Virus record (IMG/VR): IMGVR_UViG_3300037743_000227
Direction: 5' to 3' (one strand)
Length of the DNA: 20,000 nt
DNA from: an uncultured virus (IMG/VR IMGVR_UViG_3300037743_000227)
Taxonomy: Duplodnaviria > Heunggongvirae > Uroviricota > Caudoviricetes
The stretch's first letter is position 1. Each line of letters starts with the position of its first letter. The notes beneath the pieces are model-generated. The model was not told the origin of the DNA, ran no database searches, and was given only the letters and a program-made list of their open reading frames with translations. A program made the position numbers and the translations under genes. Positions 10,186 to 17,596 of the stretch are shown here, in pieces.

Positions 10186-10307
10186 ACCCCGGCTACGGGC
10201 TCGGTGTCGGCATCGTCTGCGCCCCGTTCATCTCCGCCATCCTGCTCGCCCTCCGCTGGGCAGGCCGCACCCTCTACCACCACACACGCGCCTGGAGAAC
10301 CCGATGA
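10182..10307 (+). CDS. Small membrane peptide, 41 aa
   Basis: Coupled at both ends; hydrophobic GLGVGIVCAPFISAILLAL. Confidence 0.55.
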   Translation: MNPGYGLGVGIVCAPFISAILLALRWAGRTLYHHTRAWRTR

Positions 10308-10537
10308 CAGACGAGCCCCAACCCACCGCCCACCAACGCCTCATCCGCACCGGCCTCTCCCACGCCTTCGCCGACCTCGTCCTCAACCAGCACGCCCACC
10401 AACTCGCCGAGCAGCAGCGGAACCACTTCGGCGTCGGTGACGCACCCGTGCTGCGGGCGCACTGTGATCCCGACTGCGACTTCTGCCAAGGCGTGACCAG
10501 CGCCGCCGACCTCATCGACCCGGAACGGCAGTCGTGA
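10304..10537 (+). CDS. Hypothetical protein
   Basis: GGAG RBS, ATGA overlap; resembles N-terminus of the 8705 ORF. Confidence 0.7.
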   Translation: MTDEPQPTAHQRLIRTGLSHAFADLVLNQHAHQLAEQQRNHFGVGDAPVLRAHCDPDCDFCQGVTSAADLIDPERQS

Positions 10538-10598
10538 TCCCGTACCTGATCCTCACCGCCACCCTCACCGGATCCGCCGACCCCAGGAGCAATGCCGC

Positions 10599-11597
10599 GT
10601 GAACCACGAACCCGCCGCGCTCGACCGCCGCGCGGCCGAAGCCCAGCCACACCCACCCGCCCGACTGAAGCTGGACGAACTGACCAGCGACCAACTCGAC
10701 CGGCTGTACGCCGAACTCGAAGACCAGCGCGGCGCCAAGCAGACCGCCGCCGGAGCAGCCGACCGGTTCCGCGACATCCTCTGCGAAGCCCTCAACCACG
10801 ACGACGACAACCCCGGCGACGATGTCCTCGTAGCCGAACTGCGCGCGCACTTCGGCAAGACCGGGCCTGAGCCGACCAACTGGCGCGTGCGACTTGCCGG
10901 ATACGGAGCCGTCCGCGACCAGATCAACGCCGCCGCCCGCGCGTCGTCCGCCCCGGCACCGGCCCAAGCGACCGACTCCACGGCCGCGCGAACCGCCCGC
11001 ATCCGCAGCCTCACGCTGCCCGCATCAGGCCGCCAACTCGACCCACACCTCAGCCGCCGACTGCCCGGGATCCTCCATCTCGGCCACCGCCCCACCAGCC
11101 TCGACATGGCGCTCATCGCCGAAGCGGCAGATGTGTCGGTGGACTGGCTGCTGCACGGCGACGCGGACGAGAGCGAGGCCACATGCAACAGCTCGTGCGC
11201 GGACGTCCCCGGAATCCGTGGCCTGCTGGAGCACGTCGGTATCGACACCCGCGGCCGGGACATCACCGTCGCTGGCCGGGCGGTCGACCCCGCCGACCAG
11301 CAGCCGGCCGCCGCGTGGACGCCGCCCCCGCCCGGCAGCACCCGCGAACAACTCCCCAACCACATCCTCGACATCGCCCGCCCACACCTGCCCGACTACC
11401 TGTCCACCGCATGCCAGACCGCCGACGTCGTCGCATGCGCCGCCTGCTACCCCAGGTCCGGCATCCCTCGCCCGCAGTACGACGAACTCCGCGCGCACGC
11501 CGAACGGCTCCACAACCGTTGCCGCCGCAATCACAAGTTCACCGGTCAACTTTGTGTCTGCGGCTGCCACCCCGACCAGCCCAAGGAACAGCAGTGA
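10599..11597 (+). CDS. Mosaic hypothetical protein with partial Xre-type HTH and Cys/His C-terminus
   Basis: AGGAG RBS; LIAEAADVSVDWLLHG; CRRNHKFTGQLCVCGCH. Confidence 0.72.
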   Translation: MNHEPAALDRRAAEAQPHPPARLKLDELTSDQLDRLYAELEDQRGAKQTAAGAADRFRDILCEALNHDDDNPGDDVLVAELRAHFGKTGPEPTNWRVRLAGYGAVRDQINAAARASSAPAPAQATDSTAARTARIRSLTLPASGRQLDPHLSRRLPGILHLGHRPTSLDMALIAEAADVSVDWLLHGDADESEATCNSSCADVPGIRGLLEHVGIDTRGRDITVAGRAVDPADQQPAAAWTPPPPGSTREQLPNHILDIARPHLPDYLSTACQTADVVACAACYPRSGIPRPQYDELRAHAERLHNRCRRNHKFTGQLCVCGCHPDQPKEQQ

Positions 11598-12385
11598 CCG
11601 ACAGCAGCGCGCTCGGCGACCGCATGAAACGCTACGAGGCCACGACTCGCACGCTCCTGCCCCGCCGCACCTTCTCCATTTGCCGAGTGGACGGCCGCGC
11701 CTTCCACTCCTACCTTCGCGGAGCAGCGAAGCCCTTCGACGAGCAGTTCATGGCAGACATGGACGCCGTCGCCGAAGCCCTCTGCACCGAGATCGCCGGA
11801 GCCCGGTTCGCCTACACCCAGTCCGACGAGATCAGCATCCTGGCCACGGACTTCGGCAGCCACAACACCGAGCCCTGGTTCGGTGGCGTCATCGCCAAGC
11901 AACTCTCCATCGCCGCATCCCTGGCGACGGCCGTCCTCAACGAACGCCGCCCCGGCCGCGCCCTGTTCGATGCCCGCGTGTTCACGATCTCCGATCCGGT
12001 GGAGGTGGCGAACTACTTTCTGTGGCGGCAGAGGGACTGCGTCCGCAACTCGATCTCGATGGCCGCGCAAGCCCACTTCTCCCACCGCCGTCTGCACGGC
12101 GTGAACAGCGGCGGCATGCAGGAACTCCTCCACGCGGAGGCTGGGGTGAACTGGAACGACTACCCCGACGGCTGCAAGCGTGGACGCGTCACCGTGCGGC
12201 GGGTCGGGGAGCGGGAGACGACGTTCACGGACAAGCGGACCAGCACGCTGAAGACCGTGGTGGCGATGCGGTCGTGGTGGGAGAGCAGCGCGGCGCCGCA
12301 CTTCACGACGGAGCCGGAGGGGTTCCTCGCCGAGATGGTGCCGCCGCTGCCCGTGCTCGGCGGCTTCACGTCCGTGGCATCCTGA
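11594..12385 (+). CDS. tRNA(His) guanylyltransferase Thg1-like protein (3'-5' nucleotidyltransferase)
   Basis: RMKRYE, RVDGRAFH, YTQSDEIS, WFGG..K, FDAR, YFLWRQRDCVRNS, GVNWNDYP..KRG; catalytic Asp residues present. Confidence 0.95.
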   Translation: MTDSSALGDRMKRYEATTRTLLPRRTFSICRVDGRAFHSYLRGAAKPFDEQFMADMDAVAEALCTEIAGARFAYTQSDEISILATDFGSHNTEPWFGGVIAKQLSIAASLATAVLNERRPGRALFDARVFTISDPVEVANYFLWRQRDCVRNSISMAAQAHFSHRRLHGVNSGGMQELLHAEAGVNWNDYPDGCKRGRVTVRRVGERETTFTDKRTSTLKTVVAMRSWWESSAAPHFTTEPEGFLAEMVPPLPVLGGFTSVAS

Positions 12386-12840
12386 ACGCGGGCGGCATGC
12401 TCCGGCGGAACCTCCGCCGACACCTGGCGGGGACGGCCGCCGCCCCACTATCCGACCCGCCCGGCGTGGCCGTCGTGGCATGCTGGGACCGCGCTCGCTG
12501 TCTGCCCGCGGGAAACCCGGGCACCCGGTGTCCCCGGGCCCAAGCCAGCGACGCAGTCTGGTCGGCACGCCGGTAAGGGCCGGGGCACAGGAGCGTGAAC
12601 ACAACCCCGGCCACCAGCACGTCTGCCGGGACCAGGCCGGGACCAGGTGACTGGACCCTCCCGCAAGCGGCGCCCCGTACCGGGGGATCACGTCGCGCGG
12701 GCGAGAGGCCCCCGGAGGCTGGGCGCCTGTTCCCCGAGAGCGGGCGCCCGTTGTCGTACCCGGGCCTCAAGCCGGGTTGAAAACCCGGGGCTGAAATTCA
12801 AGATTCGGGCCGGTTACTTGAATTCGACCGCCGCCCCGCG

Positions 12841-12863
12841 TTGTCGTACCTGGCGGATAGGCT
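12841..12863 (+). promoter_or_regulatory. Putative RecA-NDp-type DNA-damage promoter
   Basis: TTGTCGTAC-N8-TAGGCT has the spacing of actinobacterial tTGTCRgtg-N8-TAnnnT; second TTGTCGTACC at 12751. Confidence 0.5.
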
Positions 12864-12933
12864 CGGCCCGCGGGCGGCTTCCATGGCTGGGCCCCCGCGC
12901 CGCTACCGCCCGCGTCGCTTCACGGGCAAGCGA

Positions 12934-12962
12934 AAGCCCCCGCCGATCTTCGGCGGGGGCTT
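12934..12962. terminator. Bidirectional intrinsic terminator
   Basis: AAGCCCCCGCCGA-tct-TCGGCGGGGGCTT between convergent units. Confidence 0.85.
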
Positions 12963-12974
12963 CGTCACGCGTGG

Positions 12975-13154
12975 TTACCCGTTCGGCGCGCCCGGCTCCG
13001 GCAACTCCGCCCACACCTGCGCCGCCAACAAATCCGCATCCTCCCGCGACGTGCCCGCCTTCACCAAGACAATCCCGCGAGAACCGTCCGGGAACGTCAC
13101 CTCCCGCGCCTCCGTACCCAACGGACCCGGCGTCGGCCCCTCCGACTCCGACAT
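12975..13154 (-). CDS. Hypothetical protein, 59 aa
   Basis: GGAG RBS, ATG at 13154, ends just before terminator. Confidence 0.65.
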   Translation of the reverse strand: MSESEGPTPGPLGTEAREVTFPDGSRGIVLVKAGTSREDADLLAAQVWAELPEPGAPNG

Positions 13155-13194
13155 GGCGGCTCCAATCGTCGGCGAGACAGTCACCGTAACGAGA

Positions 13195-13222
13195 AGCGCC
13201 CCCGCCAGACGGCAGGGGCGCT
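13195..13222 (-). terminator. Terminator-like hairpin
   Basis: AGCGCCCC-c-GCC-agac-GGC-a-GGGGCGCT downstream of the minus-strand operon. Confidence 0.6.
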
Positions 13223-13237
13223 ATCGCGTTCGGGTGA

Positions 13238-13372
13238 TCAAAGCTCCGTCAGTCGGTACGGCGAGGGCAGCGGTGGCAGGGGCACGCCGAGCGCATCACC
13301 CAGCAGGGCGCGCGCCACGGCCTCACGCTCCCACACCGGCCGGCCGGGCGGCATCGACAGCAGGGCGGTCAG
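13238..13372 (-). pseudogene. Probable 3' gene remnant directly after the HNH gene
   Basis: High-GC3 frame LTALLSMPPGRPVWEREAVARALLGDALGVPLPPLPSPYRLTEL* lacking a clear RBS. Confidence 0.45.
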
Positions 13373-14073
13373 GTGCCGCCCTCTCGTTTCTCTCGCCAAT
13401 ACTTTTGGCGGTCTCGTTCGCGCCTACACTCGCGGCAATGGCGCCTGTTTCCGTACTGGTAGGTATTCTCCGCCGTGAAGCGGTGGCCGTTCTTGCAGAC
13501 TTCGATTGGGAGTCGGGGTGACGTCTTACGCTCTCTCTGCTGCTCCCTCGCCCGGATGCACTCTCTACAGTGCCTGCCCTTTCCGTCGGGGCGCAGGTAG
13601 GTATTTTCCTCCGTGAAAGGGTGGCCGTGAACGCATGCCGCCTTGGACGCGGCGGTTAGATGTGAGCGATGCTGGTTCTCACGCGGCGTGACGGGCTCCA
13701 GGTGCTGCGGGTTGACGCAACGGCGGTGCAAGCAGGTGCTGCCGCCCAGGCAGGACGTGTCACCGTTGTGGCATGCGTGATCGATCCAGGCGCCTTCGGG
13801 TATCGGCCCGAAGGCAATCTCGTATGCCACGCGGTGGATGGGCTTCGAGGCTCCCTTTACGCTGACGTAGCCATACCCCTCCTTTGAGATTCGCCCAGTC
13901 CAATGGATGCAGCCGTTAGGCTGCGGAGCCATCTTCGCTTGCATGCGCTTTAGCACTGAAGCCTTTTGTTGATCCCACCAGTCCTCGTAGCAGCGCGGGC
14001 AGCGACCACGGTTGAGCTTCGGTCGGTGTTCGCCACAGTCGCTGCAATATCCCGGAGTAGCGGGCCTAGCCAT
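13369..14073 (-). CDS. HNH homing-type endonuclease with Zn-binding repeats
   Basis: GCIHWTG..GYG..IHRVAYE..IDHAC..CVNPQHLEPVTPREN; two CxxGHxFTxENTY..CREC repeats; visibly more AT-rich codons. Confidence 0.9.
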   Translation of the reverse strand: MARPATPGYCSDCGEHRPKLNRGRCPRCYEDWWDQQKASVLKRMQAKMAPQPNGCIHWTGRISKEGYGYVSVKGASKPIHRVAYEIAFGPIPEGAWIDHACHNGDTSCLGGSTCLHRRCVNPQHLEPVTPRENQHRSHLTAASKAACVHGHPFTEENTYLRPDGKGRHCRECIRAREQQRERKTSPRLPIEVCKNGHRFTAENTYQYGNRRHCRECRRERDRQKYWREKREGGT

Positions 14074-14539
14074 GCTGGCCGCTTACCCGGAAGCGATACT
14101 CGGCGCGCACCTCGACGAGTCGGCGGTGTGTCTCCCGCATCTGCTTCAGACGGCCGGCCAGCGTGGTGATGAGCGTCTCCAGACCGTCGGGATCGAGACC
14201 GTCGATGAAGTGGTCGTCCACCAGCTCGACGACCGCGAACGGCAGCCGCTCCGCGAGCTTCGAGGACCACGGCTCGACCTTGATGACGGTGGAGAGAACA
14301 CGGAACTCTTCCGGTGAGCCGTTCTCGTTGACCGGCAGAGTCAGGTCCTCGCTCCAGAACCAGCACCAGATGTCCTCGGGGAAAACTTCGCGGCCCATCT
14401 CGTGGCTGTGGTCGAGGGTGCAGCCGTCCATGCAGGTGTATGTGACCGGCTGGCCCGTGTGGCGGTTGATGAAGGACCAGGTGCGGGGCGTGACGGACGC
14501 CGCAGGAGCGGGGGCGGGTGCAGGTACTACAGTGGTCAC
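14066..14539 (-). CDS. DUF6907-like hypothetical protein
   Basis: GTG at 14539 after AGAGG; TCMDGCTLDH..EDIWC..LDPDGL pattern (family recalled, not searched). Confidence 0.7.
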   Translation of the reverse strand: MTTVVPAPAPAPAASVTPRTWSFINRHTGQPVTYTCMDGCTLDHSHEMGREVFPEDIWCWFWSEDLTLPVNENGSPEEFRVLSTVIKVEPWSSKLAERLPFAVVELVDDHFIDGLDPDGLETLITTLAGRLKQMRETHRRLVEVRAEYRFRVSGQHG

Positions 14540-14638
14540 GGAACTGCCTCTCTTGCAGGGAGTGGGTTTCGTTGATCGGCGAGGTGCAACTCGCTGGTCG
14601 AAATGGCCGGGCGGGTGCAACCGCTCGGCCTTTCGTGT
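14540..14638 (+). ncRNA. Putative antisense RNA with twin GUGCAA-loop hairpins
   Basis: Hairpins 14574-14599 and 14605-14630 with identical loops and G-U pairs on + strand; TTTCGTGTT tail; TACAGT -10 at 14528-14533. Confidence 0.55.
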
Positions 14639-14648
14639 TCTACGGGGC

Positions 14649-15131
14649 CTACTTCGGCACTCTGAAGTGCTGGTGCCGCTTGGCGAGGGCACCTTCGCGG
14701 ACCAGTTCGCTGAGGGCATGGAATGCGGTGAGTGGTGAGACGCCGAACTGTTGCGCGACTTTGGCGCTTGGAAGGTAGGTGTCGGGCTTGTAGTCGCCTC
14801 GCGCGAGTGCTGAGCGCATAGCCTCTCGAACCGCTTCCCGCTCGGCCGTGTCGTCGTACCTACGCGCCTTCTGTGGCCATCCTCGCCCGAGTTGGTGGTA
14901 GCCGTTGTATAGCGGGCGCTCGTCCTTCATGGCTGCGGCTTCGGCCTTCAGGGCGTCGTCGCGACTGTCGAGCCAGGTGATCTCGCGGCGCGTGACGTGA
15001 TGCCACCAAGCCTTGTCGCCCGCATGCTCCTTGAAGCGCTCGTTCGGGTAGGTGCTTATGCCGACATAGAGCAAGGTGCCCTTGTCGCTGTAGAGGCGGT
15101 AGAGCGCGGTGCGTTCGGGTGCTTCGGGCAT
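14649..15131 (-). CDS. GIY-YIG nuclease-like domain fused to GntR-type wHTH
   Basis: TALYRLY..LLYVGIS..RFKEH..AEAAAMKDERPLYN, then GDYKPDTYLPS..VAQQFGVS..ALSELVREG; AGGAG RBS. Confidence 0.85.
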   Translation of the reverse strand: MPEAPERTALYRLYSDKGTLLYVGISTYPNERFKEHAGDKAWWHHVTRREITWLDSRDDALKAEAAAMKDERPLYNGYHQLGRGWPQKARRYDDTAEREAVREAMRSALARGDYKPDTYLPSAKVAQQFGVSPLTAFHALSELVREGALAKRHQHFRVPK

Positions 15132-15228
15132 GCCGCTCCTAACTGAGCGTGTGGCGGCGACCACTCTCACTTGCTCGCAACTGTATTAGTAAATCCGCAC
15201 AGTGGCTAGTCCGTCACGGCGCCACGAA

Positions 15229-15254
15229 GCCCCCGACTCGTCCGAGCCGGGGGC
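15229..15254 (-). terminator. Terminator-like hairpin after GntR gene
   Basis: GCCCCCG..CTCG-tc-CGAG..CGGGGGC about 15 bp past the stop. Confidence 0.6.
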
Positions 15255-15268
15255 AGATTGGGTGGCGC

Positions 15269-16030
15269 CTAGAAGTCGTACTGCAGCTCGTACATGTGGC
15301 CAGCCTTCGCCATGATCTCTGCTTGGATCGGACGGTCGTCGGTGCTGAACGTGATGCGGAACGTGCGCAGGACCGGGAGCTTGGTCGGCATCTGGAGGGC
15401 CGAGTACTGCTCCGGCGTCGGCAACTGTGCCGAAACTCTGTCCTCGCAGCGGATGCTCGGGTAGCCGAGGTCTTCCAGCACCCGGCCTGATCCGCCTCGA
15501 AGGAGGTGGTTGTTCATCAACTTCGTGCCTGCCGCAATGTCGAGTGGGAGGTACACCTCGACAAGTTCGCACGGCTCGCCGTCGAGTGAGAGCACTTGTC
15601 GGCGCAGTAGCGCGAGTTCGCTCTTGTCGAGCTGGAAGGCCTCCCGCACGGCGGCTGGCGGAACGACCTTGCCCACATGCAGCAACTTCGCCTTCGCGGT
15701 CATGCCGCGCTTCTCGTTCTCCGCCAGCCACTGGTACTTCTCGCCCCGTAGCGCCGGGTTCTTGTAGGCGGCCGGGCGCATGGTCAACTGCCGGTGGTGG
15801 CGCACGATCACGCCGCGCCCCTGCTCGGCGATCACCAGGCGCTCGCTCGTGAGCGTCGCGATTGCGGCCCGGACGGTGTTCGATGCGACGCCGAACTGCG
15901 ACACGAGCTGCCGCAGGGACGGCAACTTCTCGCCCGGTTCAAAGTCGCCGTTGATGATCCGGTCGCGGATGTAGGCGGCGATCTGCTCCTGAGAGGACCA
16001 GACACTGCCGTCGGGTCGTTCATCTGCCAT
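15269..16030 (-). CDS. GntR (HutC/UTRA) transcriptional repressor, KorSA-like
   Basis: QIAAYIRDRIINGDFEPGEKLPS..FGVASNTVRAAI..QGRGVIV plus C-terminal UTRA domain. Confidence 0.92.
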   Translation of the reverse strand: MADERPDGSVWSSQEQIAAYIRDRIINGDFEPGEKLPSLRQLVSQFGVASNTVRAAIATLTSERLVIAEQGRGVIVRHHRQLTMRPAAYKNPALRGEKYQWLAENEKRGMTAKAKLLHVGKVVPPAAVREAFQLDKSELALLRRQVLSLDGEPCELVEVYLPLDIAAGTKLMNNHLLRGGSGRVLEDLGYPSIRCEDRVSAQLPTPEQYSALQMPTKLPVLRTFRITFSTDDRPIQAEIMAKAGHMYELQYDF

Positions 16031-16032
16031 GG

Positions 16033-16569
16033 TCAGCTCACCTTCATCGAGTAGTTGAGCTGCCCGATGCGGCCGGGGGCCACGCTGACGAACACCTCGT
16101 AGGGCTGGCCGGAGCCGTCTTTGATTGTTCGGCGGAGAGTGAGCACCCACTCGCTGGAGCCTTCGATCGCGAGAGCCTCCCGCTCCGCGCCTGTGCCCGG
16201 ACGCGTCCGAACGTTCTCGATGACTTCCGCTGGCTCGTATCCCAGGCTTGCGAGCAGCGTCGGTGCACCGCCCTTCACCTTGCCCGGGGCGGCCAGCGCC
16301 GTGCCGGCGGCCACGGCCGGCGGCCAGTAGGAGTCCGCGAGCTCGACGGGGATGTCGTCGAGGAGGATCAGCCGGCGTCGCAAAATCACGGGCTGGCCTT
16401 CGGGTAGGTCCAGTGCGGAGGCCACCTCGTCGGGAGCGGCGGTTTCGCCCGCGAACAGGATTCGCTGCGTTCCGGTGCGCCCCTGCGTCGCAGCCTCTTT
16501 GCCCCAGGCGTCACCCTGGTTGGGGCGGATGTAGGGCGCTGAGGCGCCAGTCCAGTGGGCGTCCGTCAC
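16033..16569 (-). CDS. Stand-alone UTRA-domain protein (no HTH)
   Basis: VILRRRLILLDDIPVELADSYWP..GGAPTLLASLGY..ENVRTRP; GGAGG RBS before GTG at 16569. Confidence 0.85.
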   Translation of the reverse strand: MTDAHWTGASAPYIRPNQGDAWGKEAATQGRTGTQRILFAGETAAPDEVASALDLPEGQPVILRRRLILLDDIPVELADSYWPPAVAAGTALAAPGKVKGGAPTLLASLGYEPAEVIENVRTRPGTGAEREALAIEGSSEWVLTLRRTIKDGSGQPYEVFVSVAPGRIGQLNYSMKVS

Positions 16570-16683
16570 GCGCACCTCCGTCGGTCGTCGACTCCTTCAT
16601 CTGTATTGAACACCTTGCCAACGATAAGCCCAGTTCAGGTGCCTCCGGGGAGCGGATGAGAGTGATTGACGCCTGAGCAACTG

Positions 16684-16712
16684 TTGCAACTAATCGGCAC
16701 AGCTAATACAGT
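16684..16712 (+). promoter_or_regulatory. Sigma70/HrdB-type promoter of rightward operon
   Basis: TTGCAA (16684-16689), 17 bp, TACAGT (16707-16712). Confidence 0.7.
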
Positions 16713-16752
16713 CGAGGCATCGACAACCCCTACTCCTGGATTGGAGAGCCCG

Positions 16753-16971
16753 ATGCTGCCTGCGGCTCAAAAGCTGCTAACCGCAGGAGAGGCCGCAGTC
16801 GCGCTGCGGGTCTCCAAGCCGACGATCTACCGGTGGATCGACGCCGGATATCTGCCTGCCATCCGCTACGGACAGCCCCGGGCGGAAGGCGACACGAGGC
16901 GTGGGGGAGCCATCCGAATTCCCGAGGCCGCCGTCCTGGCGCACCTCACTCCTACCGAGGAGGCGGCATGA
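16753..16971 (+). CDS. Excisionase-like HTH_17 DNA-binding protein
   Basis: LLTAGEAAVALRVSKPTIYRWIDAGYLPAIR..GAIRIP; GGAG RBS. Confidence 0.88.
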   Translation: MLPAAQKLLTAGEAAVALRVSKPTIYRWIDAGYLPAIRYGQPRAEGDTRRGGAIRIPEAAVLAHLTPTEEAA

Positions 16972-17282
16972 CCACCACATTCCCCCGCCCCACCGCCCCG
17001 CTTCCGCCGCTCGCCGCCCCGGCCGTCGTCCGGGCGGTGACCCGCTTCGAGGTCGCCTCCGCCCGTACCGCCGAGCTGTCGGCGCTGATGGACACTCGCG
17101 ACCTGTCCGGGGTTGAGTTCGACGCGTTCGAGTTCGCCCAGGACGTGATGCGCGAGTCGGTCGCCGCGCTCGCCGGCGCCGGGATGCTGCACCTCGTGGC
17201 CGCCGAGCACGAGAAGACGAAGGACGAGCTCCCGAAGCGTCCGCGTGGCCCGCACCCGCAGTATGCGAAGGCGGTGGCGTGA
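16968..17282 (+). CDS. Hypothetical protein
   Basis: GGAGG RBS, ATGA overlap. Confidence 0.75.
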   Translation: MTTTFPRPTAPLPPLAAPAVVRAVTRFEVASARTAELSALMDTRDLSGVEFDAFEFAQDVMRESVAALAGAGMLHLVAAEHEKTKDELPKRPRGPHPQYAKAVA

Positions 17283-17596
17283 TGGTCGGCCGTTGTCCTG
17301 CAGCCCACCCGGAGGACCCGACGCCGTGTGACGGGCCGGTTGTTGTGACCGTGCTGGACGCGACGAATGCGGGCTCGGACGGGTGCGAGCACCACGGCGC
17401 CCGGCTGTTGGCCTCCCTCGACGGGGGCCGCGTCTACCCCCTGCCGGACGCCCCTGAGAGCGCCGCGATCCGTGTTTTCAAGGCCGCTGACGGCATCCGT
17501 CCGTTCCCCTGGCTGACCGACGCGCCGCGCACTCGGGCGGACCAGCTCAGCCGACTGGAGAACCGCCGCGACGACGAGGCGGGTGAGCGGCCGTGA
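17279..17596 (+). CDS. Hypothetical Cys/His protein
   Basis: CPAAHPEDPTPC..GCEHHGARLLASL; coupled to neighbours. Confidence 0.75.
   Translation: MMVGRCPAAHPEDPTPCDGPVVVTVLDATNAGSDGCEHHGARLLASLDGGRVYPLPDAPESAAIRVFKAADGIRPFPWLTDAPRTRADQLSRLENRRDDEAGERP

Noticed and set aside
12759..12816. Complete tRNA-Phe gene
   Set aside because: No D-arm, weak acceptor stem, 8-nt T-loop and no CCA; kept only as a tRNA-like hint
12366..13521. ORFs 12366-12770 (-), 12595-12780 (+), 12647-13189 (+), 12841-13521 (+)
   Set aside because: Low-complexity Arg/Pro/Gly translations, poor RBS spacing, and some cross terminators or better genes
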